Assembly (NCBI GenBank): GCA_000092065.1
Contig: CP000595.1
Source: Ostreococcus lucimarinus
Taxonomy: Eukaryota
DNA: 64,000 bases
Strand: one strand, 5' to 3'
Positions 50,654 through 61,398 of the stretch are shown piece by piece. A program made the translations under genes and the position numbers. The notes under the pieces were generated by a model. That model searched no databases and was not told the DNA's origin. It was given only the letters and a program-made list of their open reading frames with translations. Every line of letters begins with the position of its first letter. Within the stretch, counting starts at the first letter, position 1.

Positions 50654-52387
50654 CTAACGCAAAAGGGTGTAGATGACGCTGTCGCACACCTCTTGACGCG
50701 CTTTCGGGGACGAAATAGGTTCACCGTTGAAATCGGTGAGTAAAAATCTGTGCACTTCATCTTGGATGAAGTTCTCGACCGTGCGCGGGTCGATCAAAAT
50801 ATCCGCCTTGAAAACCATGACGTTGAGCGCTTGCAGCGCCTCGGTGACGTCGAGCAACACGCGAGGTCGGGTGTGGCCGGAGATATCCAGCGGCGCGACG
50901 ACTCGAAGCTCGCTCGTCATGCTCTCGCCTTTGTGACACAGCATCTCGACCTTGAGCGGACGATCGACGTGTTCCTTGTACTTGGCGCAGAGGTATTCCA
51001 TTTGCTCTTCGTTTTCGATGTTTCGCGTGAACAGGGCGACTTCGCAAATGGAGTCGTCGACGATTTCAATCTTGGCGTAGCTCACGGAGACTTTCAAATC
51101 CTTCGACACGCGCAAGCAATCGTACAACAAGCCTTGCCTGTCTCGAGTGCGGATTTGAAACACCGTGTGCGCGGGACTCATGAGGTTATCCACCTCCACG
51201 GTTGTTTCGTAATCGAACACCGGCGGTTTGGCTTCGGTGACGATCATCCCGGACGACTCGCGCAAGGTTTTCGTGCGACCTTGTCGAGTGACGAACGACG
51301 GCGCGGGGTGAACCAATATATTGACCCGATTCAACGCCTCGGGCGTTCGCGCGACGACGGGTTTGACGCGTCGGGAAATATCGCCGACGCGCGACGGATT
51401 CGGCAGCTCGTGTAAATCATCCGTCACGTAGAATAGATCCACCGCCTTGCCGCACGGCGCCGTCGTGACGTGCGCGCGATGCACGGTGAGCTGAAGCTCC
51501 CACAACGCGAGCGTGACGTCGTGCAACAGCCCCACGCGATCGTGCGCCTCGACTTGTAAAATATACAGACTCTGATTCGCGTGCATCTGCTCCAACATCT
51601 CAAACGACTCGACGGATGGAATCGTGCTAATCGTGCTCTTGTGCGGACACAGCAACTCTAACCGCTGCCTCAGCAGCTCCCAATCCACGACGCACGTCCG
51701 AGGCGCTATGGACTCCTCGAGCTCGGCCAACGCCGCGTTCCCGCCGTGCGCGCTCCCCTCGAACCGTCGCAATTTCGGCGAACTCATCGACGCCGGCATC
51801 GGCGACCCCGTCGCCGCCGCGCGCTCCCGACCCAGCCCCCGGTCCACGCTCGCCCCCCTATCCCCACTCCCACTCACCCCACCGTCTTTCGCGCGCCCAT
51901 CTCGCCCGCGCGCCCCTAACCAAGCCTTCCTCGCGACGTCGCCGACGCGTCTCGCGATTTCTCCCGCTCGCCTCGCGACTCGCCTCGCCACTCCTCCGAC
52001 CCCCGTTTCCTCGCTCGCCGCGCCCGCGCCCGCGCCCGCGCCCTCGCGCGCCGCGTTCTCATCCATCAGCGATCCGTGGCTCACGCCTCGATCGAGCGCG
52101 CCCGCGCGCACCGTGAGCAACACCAGCGCCCACACGCCGTCCGTCGTAAAGTCGCCGCGCGTCACCACGAGCCCGAATTCAAACACCACCCTGCAGATGT
52201 CCGCCCCGAGCCCCGTCTTGTCCGGGCACGTCACTCGAAACTCCGCGCACGGCACCGCGTCCGCGCCGTCGTCCAGCGCGGCGTACGCGACGCACCGCTC
52301 GTCGTCCGCCGCGTCGTCGGCGATCGTCGCCGCGCGCGCGCGCGCCGACGCGTCGCGCGCGCGCGGCGCGGACGGCGCGCGCGACAT
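50654..52387 (-). CDS. ACT-domain repeat protein (plant ACR-like, four ACT domains)
   Basis: VTCPDKTGLGADICRVVFEFGLVVTRGDFTTDGVWALVLLTV fits the ACR consensus CPDKTGLGCDLCR...TDGKWCY. Further ACT units are LQVEAHDRVGLLHDVTLALWELQLTVHRAHV and FQIRTRDRQGLLYDCLRVSKDLKVSV. The start is uncertain, because the GC-rich ORF extends to 52939. Confidence 0.7.
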   Translation of the reverse strand: MSRAPSAPRARDASARARAATIADDAADDERCVAYAALDDGADAVPCAEFRVTCPDKTGLGADICRVVFEFGLVVTRGDFTTDGVWALVLLTVRAGALDRGVSHGSLMDENAAREGAGAGAGAASEETGVGGVARRVARRAGEIARRVGDVARKAWLGARGRDGRAKDGGVSGSGDRGASVDRGLGRERAAATGSPMPASMSSPKLRRFEGSAHGGNAALAELEESIAPRTCVVDWELLRQRLELLCPHKSTISTIPSVESFEMLEQMHANQSLYILQVEAHDRVGLLHDVTLALWELQLTVHRAHVTTAPCGKAVDLFYVTDDLHELPNPSRVGDISRRVKPVVARTPEALNRVNILVHPAPSFVTRQGRTKTLRESSGMIVTEAKPPVFDYETTVEVDNLMSPAHTVFQIRTRDRQGLLYDCLRVSKDLKVSVSYAKIEIVDDSICEVALFTRNIENEEQMEYLCAKYKEHVDRPLKVEMLCHKGESMTSELRVVAPLDISGHTRPRVLLDVTEALQALNVMVFKADILIDPRTVENFIQDEVHRFLLTDFNGEPISSPKARQEVCDSVIYTLLR

Positions 52388-52490
52388 GCCGGCGACGCGA
52401 CGAACCGCGGGCGCGACGCTCGACCGACGCGTCGGCGCGCGCGCGACGCCCCTCGAGCGCGCGCGGCGCGTCGATGAGTGACGCATCGCG

Positions 52491-54176
52491 ATGGCGAATC
52501 GCGATCGCGAATCGCGTCGCCACAGCGCGATGCGCGCGGTCGCGCGGTCGCTCCTGCTCTGGCTGACGCTCGCGCCGACCCTGGCGCGCGCGTCGGCGCA
52601 CGCGTACGCGCGCGACTCGCTGTACGCGACGAACGACGCGGCGATCCTCGTCGCGGGCGCGGAGGGCGTCTTCGCGTCGCGCGTGCGCCTCGAGCGCGAG
52701 ACGACGGACGTCCGAAAGCGATGGCTCGGCGCGAATCCGCGCGTCGCGGACGGGCGCGCGTACGTCCGACTGGACGCGCTGACGTTCGAGCGGCCGCGGG
52801 AGACGGCGCGGGCGAGGGGCGCGACGGGGGGGGCGAGCGGCTTGGTCGAGGCGGCGACGTTTAAACGCGAGGACGTCGATCGGATCGGCGTGTGGGACGA
52901 CGAGGCGGGCGCGAGGAAGTTTTGTTGCACGGGTGACATGGCGAAGCGAGGGCTGTGCGAGAAGGGAGAGGTGGGACGATTGGTGGTGCGAGGGCGGGGC
53001 GACGGCGGCGCGACGGCGCCGTGGAAGACGGAGATTTGGTTCGAGGGCGACGACGTCGAGGCGAGGAGCGATGTGCAGGCGGTGAGCGTGCGGGAGACGG
53101 GGATGTATTACATGTGGTTCGTGGTGTGCGATCCGGAGCACGCGGGGGTGACGGTGAGCGGGAGGACGCTTTGGAAGAATCCGGATGGATATCTGCCGGG
53201 GGCGAAGACGGCGCTGTTGCCGTTTTACGGCTTCGCGGCGATGGCGTACCTCGGGTTGGGGTTCGCGTGGGCGATGGCGTACGTGGGGAATTGGCGACAC
53301 GTTTTAGAGCTGCATAATTGCATCACCGTCGTGCTGGCGCTGTCGATGTGCGAGACGGCGGTGTGGTATTTCGATTACGCCAACTGGAACGCCACGGGCT
53401 ATCGCCCGTACGTGTTCACCGTGGTCGCCGTCTTGCTCGGCAGTCTTCGCACGACGCTCAGTCGCACGCTCGTGCTCATGATGTCCATGGGGTACGGCGT
53501 CGTTCGCCCCACCCTCGGCGGGTTGAACGCCAAAGTGGTGTCGTTGAGCGTTTGCTATCTCTTCTCCACCGCCGTCAAGGACGTCGTCGAGCACGTCGGA
53601 TCGGTGGATGACTTGAAACCCGGCGCGAGGTTGTTTTTGGTGCTGCCGGTGTCGGTGTTTGATTCCGTGTTCTTGATTTGGATCTTCAACTCGCTGTCGA
53701 GGACGCTCACGCAGCTCGTGTTGAGACAACAAAAGCAAAAGCTGTCGCTCTACCGCGCGTTCACCAATCTCTTGGCGGCGAACGTCGTGCTCTCGGTCGG
53801 TTGGCTCGCGTACGAGATGTGGTTCAAGAGCACGGACATGATTGAAGAGAAGTGGGAGTCGGTGTGGATGTTGACTGCGTTTTGGCAAGCGTTATCCTTC
53901 GGTTTACTCGCCGGCATTTGCTTTTTATGGCGCCCCGCGAGCGAGTCGACGCAGTACGCCTACAGCGAGCTCGCGAACGACATCTCCGAAGACGCGTGGT
54001 GGGGCGAGCTCATCACCAACGACGACATCGAGCAATTCGCGGGGTCGTCGAAAATGTCCAAGTCACCGCGCGTGATGAATAGTGCGAAGAAGACGCGAGC
54101 GATGAACGACTTTTCGCTCGACGCCGACGACGACTCGGCGGCGGAAATCGAAATGGAAATGGGAAAGATTGACTGA
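52491..54176 (+). CDS. LUSTR-family 7TM protein (GPR107/GPR108/TMEM87-like, Lung_7-TM_R)
   Basis: Signal peptide MRAVARSLLLWLTLAPTLARASA (probable start at 52530), a luminal domain with CCTGDMAKRGLCEKGE, then 7 TMs: FYGFAAMAYLGLGFAWAMAYV, WRHVLELHNCITVVLALSMCETAVWYFDY, LRTTLSRTLVLMMSMGYGVVRP and so on. Confidence 0.7.
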   Translation: MANRDRESRRHSAMRAVARSLLLWLTLAPTLARASAHAYARDSLYATNDAAILVAGAEGVFASRVRLERETTDVRKRWLGANPRVADGRAYVRLDALTFERPRETARARGATGGASGLVEAATFKREDVDRIGVWDDEAGARKFCCTGDMAKRGLCEKGEVGRLVVRGRGDGGATAPWKTEIWFEGDDVEARSDVQAVSVRETGMYYMWFVVCDPEHAGVTVSGRTLWKNPDGYLPGAKTALLPFYGFAAMAYLGLGFAWAMAYVGNWRHVLELHNCITVVLALSMCETAVWYFDYANWNATGYRPYVFTVVAVLLGSLRTTLSRTLVLMMSMGYGVVRPTLGGLNAKVVSLSVCYLFSTAVKDVVEHVGSVDDLKPGARLFLVLPVSVFDSVFLIWIFNSLSRTLTQLVLRQQKQKLSLYRAFTNLLAANVVLSVGWLAYEMWFKSTDMIEEKWESVWMLTAFWQALSFGLLAGICFLWRPASESTQYAYSELANDISEDAWWGELITNDDIEQFAGSSKMSKSPRVMNSAKKTRAMNDFSLDADDDSAAEIEMEMGKID

Positions 54177-54278
54177 TTGATTGAATCGATCGACGCACGC
54201 GTCCTTCGCTTCAACGCTGTAATTTGAATTGACACGCAATCGCGCGCTCTCTATTTGCTAAACGGCAATCACCGTACT

Positions 54279-55340
54279 TTACTTGCGTCCGCCCTTTCGC
54301 GACGCCCCGCGCGCGTCCGAGAGCGCCTGCAGCGTCTCGTCAAAGTGCCCGAGCGCCTCTTCGCGTTTCACCGGCGGCGGCGAATCCGGTTCGTCGGTGA
54401 ATACTTTTGACTTGTTCGCGCGCGCCTTGAACGGCGAAAACAAACCTCCGCGCTCCTTCGCGGACGCCGACGGCGGCGGCGGCTCCGCGGCTTTGGTCTT
54501 GATCGCCCTCGGCGCCTTCGGCGTCTTCGGCGCCGTTTTCTCCCTATCCGGCGCGTACGCCTCCGGCAGCCGACACAACCGACACACGCTGGTGCGAACC
54601 TGAATATCGCTCCCGTCCTCCCCCCGCTCTATCGCCGCCGCCCTCGCGTCCGCCGCGATCGCCCGCTCCGCGACGATGTACTCGTACGTCGACATCCGCC
54701 TCCAACACAGCGTCGCGTGAAACGCGAACAACTCCCCCACCACGTACAACAGCCCCATCCCGAGCGCCACGTACGCGCACACTCCCACGATCAACGACGC
54801 GTGCGTCACCCCGTTCCCCGCGTACCGCGCCCGCTCGTTCACGTACCTCTTCGCCTCGTCTCCGTTCGCCGCCAACCACGCCGCGAGACACGCGCCGCAC
54901 GCCGTCTGCCCCCCGATCTGCACCGTCGCGCTCGTCACCAGCGCCAAGAACGCCCCGTAATTCCGTCCACCGACGCAATTATTCAACCACTTGCAGTGAT
55001 GATCGAAATCGTCCACGCACTTATCGCAGTCCCGGCAGTGCTTCGCGCGTCGCCCGACGCTCGCGTCGCAGCGCCCGCAATACAGCGCCGCGTCGTCCGT
55101 CGCGCGCGCGCCCGGGTCGATCGCCGTCGCGCGCGCGAACGCGCACGTCACGAACGCGCACGCGCACGCGTACGCGATGATCGCGCCGCGTCGCGAGCGC
55201 GCGTCGGCGATCGACGGCGCGAGCAGCAGGTAAAATCCGAGCGCTTCGCACGTCCACACGACGATCGCCGTCGTTTGGTGCGCGTTGAGCGCCGCGCGCC
55301 CGCGCGCGTCGACGAATCCGTTGCGCCGCGTCGGCGGCAT
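54279..55340 (-). CDS. DHHC-type protein S-acyltransferase (zDHHC)
   Basis: CGRCDASVGRRAKHCRDCDKCVDDFDHHCKWLNNCVGGRNYGAF is the DHHC-CRD signature. Four TM segments flank it. Confidence 0.85.
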   Translation of the reverse strand: MPPTRRNGFVDARGRAALNAHQTTAIVVWTCEALGFYLLLAPSIADARSRRGAIIAYACACAFVTCAFARATAIDPGARATDDAALYCGRCDASVGRRAKHCRDCDKCVDDFDHHCKWLNNCVGGRNYGAFLALVTSATVQIGGQTACGACLAAWLAANGDEAKRYVNERARYAGNGVTHASLIVGVCAYVALGMGLLYVVGELFAFHATLCWRRMSTYEYIVAERAIAADARAAAIERGEDGSDIQVRTSVCRLCRLPEAYAPDREKTAPKTPKAPRAIKTKAAEPPPPSASAKERGGLFSPFKARANKSKVFTDEPDSPPPVKREEALGHFDETLQALSDARGASRKGGRK

Positions 55341-55456
55341 CGTTCGTCCGCGCCCGCGCGCGATCGAGCGCGGTTCGGGCTTCGCGCGGCGTCGATGAGT
55401 GTCGAAAACGACCCGCGCGGATTACCATTCGCCGCAGAAATCGCCGCGAATTCGCG

Positions 55457-55963
55457 ATGCGCGCGCCCGCGTCGGCGCTCGCGACGACGGAGACGCGAGA
55501 CGACGCGTTGGCGCTCGCGATCGCGGACGCGTCGAACGCGCCGGACGATCGCGCGCGGCGGGAGGCGGACGCGAAGGTGCTGGAACTGAAGCTCGGCGCG
55601 ATTCGCGACGACGTCAGGGCGTCGACGCTCGGCCGCGACGTGCAGGGCTCGCAGGCGGGCGCGGGGTCGGGGGAGTTTCACAAGTATCGCGAGCGGCGAC
55701 GGCGCGAGCGCGCGCGGTTGGAGGCGATGGAGGCGGCGGACGCGGCGCGGGTCGAAGCGGAGGCGCGCGCGCGGCGAGCGGCGGCGGCGAGCGAGGCGAG
55801 CGAGGCGAAGACGGCGAAGAACAGGGCGAAGCGAGCGAAGGCGAAGGCGAAGCGAGCGGCGAAACGGCGACGGGGGGGAGGGGGGGCGACGATCGGGGAG
55901 GCGAAGGCGGACGAGGAGGAGGAGGAGGAGGAGGCGGAGGCGACGGCGACGGCGCTCGATTGA
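55457..55963 (+). CDS. PRKRIP1-like (DUF1168) K/R/E-rich nuclear protein
   Basis: GSGEFHKYRERRRRERARLEAMEAADAARVEAEARARRAAAASEASEAKTAKNRAKRAKAKAKRAAKRRRG resembles PRKRIP1 ...SEFHVYRHLRRREYQRQD...KRRKKRQK. Call is low-complexity and tentative. Confidence 0.45.
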   Translation: MRAPASALATTETRDDALALAIADASNAPDDRARREADAKVLELKLGAIRDDVRASTLGRDVQGSQAGAGSGEFHKYRERRRRERARLEAMEAADAARVEAEARARRAAAASEASEAKTAKNRAKRAKAKAKRAAKRRRGGGGATIGEAKADEEEEEEEAEATATALD

Positions 55964-56045
55964 CGGGACGCGCGCGATCGGTGGGCGCGCGAATCGGTGG
56001 GCGCGCGAATTATAATACAATCTCGTGATGGGTTCGGCGGTGGCG

Positions 56046-57359
56046 TCACGCGGCCGGGGTGGTGGTGGTGGTTGTGGGGTCTCGCGCGTCGTCCGCGGAG
56101 GCGTCGTCGGCGTCGGTTTTCGACGCCTCGGTCTTCGTGTCGGCGAAGACGCCGGCGAACTTGTCCGCGATCGCTTGTTCCATCTCCATGCGCTCGGGCG
56201 AGCCTTTGTTGATGATGGCGTTCACGAAATCCTCGGGATCGACCTTGAGCAGCTGGAACGCGAACAGGATCAGTAACGGCAAATCGCTTCCCGTGGCGAG
56301 CGTCGCGCCGAACGCGACGAAGCCGACGATGAGATTGACGCGCTTCTTCCTCTTCTCCTTGGCGATTTGTTCGGGCGTCTTGTTTTTATCCTCCTCGCTC
56401 GTCTCCGCGATCGGCGCGTCGTCGAGCGTGTTCGTCCACGCGCGCGCTATGGCGCGCGGGAGCAAACACGCCGGCGCGACGTAAAACACGTACGCCATCG
56501 CCATCGCGAACGGGCCCAAGATGAATCCGACCGCGCCACCGCCGCGAAGCGCGCCGAGCGCCTTGGTCAACGTCGTCGACGTAGACAGCAGCAGCGTCGC
56601 CAATCCGACGACGCCGAACACGACCACGCACGCGCGCCGCGCCGTTTTGAAAATCTTCCCTCGGCGTCCGCCGAGCCATCGCAGCGCCATCAAAATCGGC
56701 GCCGTCATCACCCACCAACTGCTCCCTTCGCCGCCGTACGCCCCCGCGGGGACGAGCAACATGTAACCGACGTGAAAATCTAACCACGCGCTCCGACACG
56801 CGCGATTAAACGCGAACGGTCGATGCTCCCCTTCGTGCCTCGGCGACGTCTTGTTCTCGTACCACCACCGCCGCAGCGCGTACAGCGCGCCGAACGTCGG
56901 CAGCACCACGAGCAACAGCCACTGCGCGCCGATGATCGGCGCCTCCCTCGATTCCCTGAGCATCGCTCCCGTGTAGAACAGCAGCACGGCGGTGAGCGGG
57001 TTCAGCCGACCGAAGAACGTCGGCACCGCGTCGAGCGCGCGCGGATACAGCGCGTCGCTCAGCGGCGCGATGGTGTCCTCGAGCTCCGGGCGCGCGTCCT
57101 CGCCGTCGCGCGCCGCCGGGTCCTCCGACGACGCCGTCGCGCGCCGCCGCGTCGACGGACGCTCGCGTCGCGCGCGGGACGCCGCGGGGCGCGCGCGCGG
57201 CGACGCATCGCATCCGACCGCGGCGCGCGCGTCGGCGAACGATCGCGCGCCGCGACGTCCCGCGGACGCCTCGACGCGCGATGACGCGCGTTTGAGACGC
57301 GCGCGATGCCCGCGATCGATCGCGCGCGGCGCGAGGGCGCGCGCGGCGAACGCACGCAT
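56046..57359 (-). CDS. Hypothetical multi-pass membrane protein with an R/A-rich organellar transit-peptide-like N-terminus
   Basis: 437-aa ORF. TM stretches are LTAVLLFYTGAML, WLLLVVLPTFGALYALRRW, VVFGVVGLATLLLS, VGFILGPFAMAMAYVFYVA, LIVGFVAFGATLATG and LPLLILFAFQLL. No family recognised by eye. Confidence 0.5.
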   Translation of the reverse strand: MRAFAARALAPRAIDRGHRARLKRASSRVEASAGRRGARSFADARAAVGCDASPRARPAASRARRERPSTRRRATASSEDPAARDGEDARPELEDTIAPLSDALYPRALDAVPTFFGRLNPLTAVLLFYTGAMLRESREAPIIGAQWLLLVVLPTFGALYALRRWWYENKTSPRHEGEHRPFAFNRACRSAWLDFHVGYMLLVPAGAYGGEGSSWWVMTAPILMALRWLGGRRGKIFKTARRACVVVFGVVGLATLLLSTSTTLTKALGALRGGGAVGFILGPFAMAMAYVFYVAPACLLPRAIARAWTNTLDDAPIAETSEEDKNKTPEQIAKEKRKKRVNLIVGFVAFGATLATGSDLPLLILFAFQLLKVDPEDFVNAIINKGSPERMEMEQAIADKFAGVFADTKTEASKTDADDASADDARDPTTTTTTPAA

Positions 57360-57578
57360 CGCGGCGCGCGCGCGAGTGAGGACGGGACGCGGAAAATATC
57401 TTTCGGGACGCGCCGACGCGGGCTTCGCGAGACGCGCGAGGGCGAGTCGCCGCGCCGCCGCGCCGCCGCGACGGGATTTCGATGGAAATAAATAGTGATG
57501 GATTAAACGCGGGTCGAACGCGCGTGGGCGCGAGCGAGGGACTGGCGCGAGAGAGACGCGCGGTCGGTCGGTCGGCGA

Positions 57579-58487
57579 CTACAAGCCGTCGAACGCGGGC
57601 GTCTCCGCGCCTTCGGGGAACAACATCGCGAGCTTGACCGCGCCGAGATCGTTGACGACCTTGCTCGCGCCTTCGCCCATGAAATCGGCGCCGATGTTGC
57701 TGCCGCACGGGGTGATGAGACAGGCCATGTCGGCGCCGACGGCGGCGCGCAAGCCGACGATGGAATCTTCCACGACGAGGCACTTGCTCGCGGGCAAGCC
57801 AACCTTGTCTCTGGCGAGGTTGTAGATCAAGGGATCGGGCTTCTTGCGCGTGACGTCGTCACCAGCCATGAGCACGTCGAGCTTGCTCAAACGCTCGACG
57901 CCGACGACGGAGTTGACAACCTTTTCGAAGCCCGCCTTGGTCGCCGCGCTGCAAATCCCCACCGCGATGGAGGGATCGGCGATCGCCTCGTCCATGAGCG
58001 CGAGCACCCCAGGTCGCGCCACAGCCACTTCTTCGACGATCTTTTTATAAATTTCCGTCTTCTTGTCCTGCAACGCGTCGATGAGCGCGTCTCGATCCGC
58101 GTCGCTCGACGGCGCCTCCGCGAACATCGTCGACGTCGGCCACGCCTTTTTATCCTCGTTAAAATGCCATCGCATCTTCGGCTTCCCCCCGCCCACGGTA
58201 TTTTGCAGCACGTCGTAATATTTCACCACCCACTCCACGCCCTCGCCGTCGATTTTCAAATCAAACGCCTCGAACGCGCCGTTGTACGCCAACCGGTGCA
58301 GCTCCTCCGTCTCCACGATGACGCCGTCGCAATCAAACAAAAGCGCGAATCGCGCGTTCTTCGTGTTCGATCCCGCGTTCGCGCGCGTCGTCGTCGCGCG
58401 TCGCGTCGTCTTCGTCGTCTTCTTCGCCGCCGTCGTCCTCGCGCCGCGTTCAACGCGCGTCGACGTCGTCATCGCCGTCATCGCCAT
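57579..58487 (-). CDS. CBBY: CbbY-type HAD-superfamily phosphatase (plastid xylulose-1,5-bisphosphate phosphatase-like)
   Basis: ALLFDCDGVIVETEELHR (HAD motif I DxDG), VGICSAATKAGFEKV, KKPDPLIYNLA and VVEDSIVGLRAA (motifs III/IV). The start is set at MAMTAM; the R-rich ORF extension to 58682 may be a transit peptide or noise. Confidence 0.75.
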   Translation of the reverse strand: MAMTAMTTSTRVERGARTTAAKKTTKTTRRATTTRANAGSNTKNARFALLFDCDGVIVETEELHRLAYNGAFEAFDLKIDGEGVEWVVKYYDVLQNTVGGGKPKMRWHFNEDKKAWPTSTMFAEAPSSDADRDALIDALQDKKTEIYKKIVEEVAVARPGVLALMDEAIADPSIAVGICSAATKAGFEKVVNSVVGVERLSKLDVLMAGDDVTRKKPDPLIYNLARDKVGLPASKCLVVEDSIVGLRAAVGADMACLITPCGSNIGADFMGEGASKVVNDLGAVKLAMLFPEGAETPAFDGL

Positions 58488-58699
58488 CGAATCCGTCCCT
58501 CTTATCGATGACGCGTCTTTTTCGTCGTCGCGCCGGCGTCGCGCGTTCGCGCGTCCGAAACGCCGCCCGAGCGCGTTCGACGCGCGTCCGCTCGCGAATC
58601 CGAGAGCGCGTCGCCGTCGTCGCGTCCGCGTCGCGGTGTGCGCGTCCCGAATCGCGCCGTCCCAGGCCCCTCTTCGTCGCACTTCGCCGCGCGACGCGA

Positions 58700-59194
58700 A
58701 TGCGCGCGTCGCGCGGCGACGACGCGCCGGCGCTCCCGGGACGCGCGGTCGCGGTGGACGAAGACAAAAAATCGATCGACAACGACGCGAACAAGCGCGC
58801 CGTCAAGCGCTACCGCGATCGTCAGCGCGACGCGAAGATGAAGTTGGAATCCGAAAACGCGGCGCTGCGAGTGGAGACGACGCGGTTGGCGACGGAGCTC
58901 GCGCACGCGCGATGGGTGCTCGACGCGGTGGCGTCGCGGTGCGGGATGAAGCGACGCGCGACGGGGCGCGACGCGGACGCGGCGCTGCGCCGAAGCGTCG
59001 CGCGCGTGATCCACGGCGCGGGGTGCCCGCTGGGACATCAGGGGCGGGACAGGCCGTTTCGATTGGACGCGACGGAGGCGAGGCGACGCGAGGACGAGGA
59101 CGAGGACGAGTTGGCGGCGTTTTTGAAGGAGTTTTTGGTGCACGAGGACGGGAAGTGTCCGTGCCCGGGGCGCGCGCGCGATGGGGGCGAGTAG
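58700..59194 (+). CDS. bZIP-like transcription factor, paralog 2, with a C-terminal Cys motif (FLKEFLVHEDGKCPCPG)
   Basis: NKRAVKRYRDRQRDAKMKLESENAALRVETTRLATELAHARWVL aligns with the bZIP at 38018-38680. The ORF could start at 58508, but that would overlap the CbbY ORF on the other strand. Confidence 0.55.
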   Translation: MRASRGDDAPALPGRAVAVDEDKKSIDNDANKRAVKRYRDRQRDAKMKLESENAALRVETTRLATELAHARWVLDAVASRCGMKRRATGRDADAALRRSVARVIHGAGCPLGHQGRDRPFRLDATEARRREDEDEDELAAFLKEFLVHEDGKCPCPGRARDGGE

Positions 59195-59675
59195 AGGATA
59201 GTTGTGTTGTATGAATAGTGATGTGGCGTGACGAACGGATGCGTGTGATCTGCTGCCCCTCAACCGGTCTCTTGAGTCCGTACTGTAGCGCGGAAATTTA
59301 GTAATTCAGAATGAATTAACTGTCTCAACGCCTGATGCGTTCAGCGTTCCACTGCTAAGCGTATCTCTACCTGATGGGGTCCGAGGCCTCGAAGTCCTAG
59401 GCCGAAGGAGATTGAAGGCAATTCGCGTGCGATTCGTGAAAGCAAATGTGCGTCTTATAAACAACCCCGTCGGTAAGGGACGGGTCTAACAAGTGACGCG
59501 CGCAAAGGAGCAGTTGCGCGTGTCGTCGCTTTATTTGCTGACATTTTTTATATAGCGTAATTGGAGGTATTCTAGTACCTCAGAGTTCATATAAGGACGA
59601 TGCGTATACCTATTTACCATAGAAATGGCTAAGGCCCTTTCGTCAGCGTGCGCGACGACGCGCGCCGCGGCGTTA

Positions 59676-61166
59676 CTAGTGCGCGTGCTCGACGCCGAGT
59701 TGCGCGAGCGCGATGACGAGAACGCCGGCGGTGTAACACACGAACTTGTAAATGCGCATGCCGCGCGCGGGCGCTTCGTGCACGGTGTGCGTGTGCGGAG
59801 CGAGTTTATGGTCGTGACCGTGCTCGTCTTCGCACGATTGCGTTTGCGTCTCGAACTCGTCGCCGATGACTTCCACGGTACCGACGTAAATGAACGTACC
59901 GGCGGCGATGCCCTCGAGGACGGCGGAGACGGCTGGGCTGTGTGCGCTTTCCGCCGCGCACCCGATCAAGATCCCGATCGGGGTTATGAACGAAAACGCC
60001 GTCATGAAAATGAAGAGCGTCTGCGGATTCGTCATGCCGCAGCGCAAAAACGCGCACCCGATGCTGAACGCGGCCGCGGCTTTGTGCGACGCGATGGCGG
60101 TGAAAATCGCGTACACACTGTTTCGATCGCTTTGAAGCCCGAGGGAGACACCCGCGAGAGAGGCGTGCAACGCGACGCCCGCCATGAAGAGCAAAGCCGT
60201 TCTCGTCTGCGCGAAGATGGACACGTGACGACCCTTCTCGTCGTGCGCGCACGTGTCGCACGCGTCGGTCGACGCCTTGTCCACGACGACGACGACGGCC
60301 GCATCGACGTGATGTTCTTTACTTTGTCCGTGTCCGTGTCCGTGTCCGTGGCCGTGCTCTCCGTCGCCCTCGCTCTCCGTCACGTGCGAGTGCGTGTGAA
60401 ACACGACGCGTTCGACGAAGAACGCGATGAGAAATCCCAGCATGACCATGACCATGGCGAAAGGATACTCCTTCGCCGTACCGATGCGTGCCTCCGTCGC
60501 GCTCTCGAGCGCGTGCGGGACGAGGTGCACGAACCCAGACGCGAGAAACAATCCCCCGCTGAACGCGTTCATAAACTCCAACGCGCTCTGCATCTTCGGC
60601 AGCGTTCTCACGAACAGCGACGGCAACATTCCTCCCGCCAAACCTTCAAAAAACACAGCCACCATGAGACCCATCTTGAGTTTGAAATGCTTCAACCCAC
60701 CCGTCGCCGCCGCCGCGCTTTCCGCCTCGCTCGCGATGAACGTGCACGTCGACTCGCTCAGGCACCGCGCCGCCAAACTCAGCGCCGAGAGCAACTCGGT
60801 CTCGTTCAACTTTTGATCCGCGCCCGCGTACGTCGTGATCACGTCCGCCGACGACACGTTCGTCAGCGTCTCCTCCGCGCTCGCGTGCGCGTGTCCAGCG
60901 CTCGCGTGCGCGTGTCCAGCGTGCGAATCCGCGCCCGCGCCCGCGCCGCTCGTCCTCGCCGCGAACCGCTCGAACAATTCGCTCAGCTCGTGAGCGTCCA
61001 TCGTCGCGTCGTCGTTGTCGTCGTTGTACGTCTCCAAGATGTGATCCACCGGCGTCTCGTCGCCTCTCGCGACGCGCGCCATCGCGCACGCGCACGCGCA
61101 CACCGTCAGCGCCGTCGCGAATCGCGCGCGCGCCCGTCGACACCGCCGCCGGTCGTTCGCCGTCAT
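59676..61166 (-). CDS. ZIP family zinc/metal transporter with a His-rich loop
   Basis: FFEGLAGGMLPS, HGHGHGHGHGQSKEHH loop, HKAAAAFSIGCAF, GIAAGTFIYVGTVEVIGDEF. The start is taken at MTANDRRRC (ATG complement at 61166-61164). The 1118-aa track ORF is inflated by stop-free antisense sequence of the LHC gene. Confidence 0.8.
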   Translation of the reverse strand: MTANDRRRCRRARARFATALTVCACACAMARVARGDETPVDHILETYNDDNDDATMDAHELSELFERFAARTSGAGAGADSHAGHAHASAGHAHASAEETLTNVSSADVITTYAGADQKLNETELLSALSLAARCLSESTCTFIASEAESAAAATGGLKHFKLKMGLMVAVFFEGLAGGMLPSLFVRTLPKMQSALEFMNAFSGGLFLASGFVHLVPHALESATEARIGTAKEYPFAMVMVMLGFLIAFFVERVVFHTHSHVTESEGDGEHGHGHGHGHGQSKEHHVDAAVVVVVDKASTDACDTCAHDEKGRHVSIFAQTRTALLFMAGVALHASLAGVSLGLQSDRNSVYAIFTAIASHKAAAAFSIGCAFLRCGMTNPQTLFIFMTAFSFITPIGILIGCAAESAHSPAVSAVLEGIAAGTFIYVGTVEVIGDEFETQTQSCEDEHGHDHKLAPHTHTVHEAPARGMRIYKFVCYTAGVLVIALAQLGVEHAH

Positions 61167-61398
61167 CTTGTCTCGCGCCGTCGCGAATCGCGCGCGCGTC
61201 GAGTCCCGGTCTCGACGCCCGCGCCCGGTTCGCCCCGGTTCGAGCGCGCGCGAACGAGCCGAAGAGGCGTCGCGAAGTGCGGCGATGCGCGCGCGTCGTG
61301 CACGTGTCGACGATTCGCGTCGTGCACGTGTCGAGGATCGTCGTACGCGACGCCCCGCGAAGCCCATCACGGATCGCGTCGCGACGCGCGTCGTAAAC

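Noticed and set aside
59230-59620. AT-richer, ORF-free 390-bp island considered as a possible snRNA, tRNA or other ncRNA gene
   Set aside because: No tRNA T-loop or D-loop, U1, U2, U4 or U6 signature, or C/D box was found. One stretch, cggaaatttagtaa, resembles the reverse complement of the U5 loop but lacks two invariant nucleotides. The interval lies between two convergent 3' ends (bZIP2 and ZIP2), so overlapping 3' UTRs are the simpler explanation.
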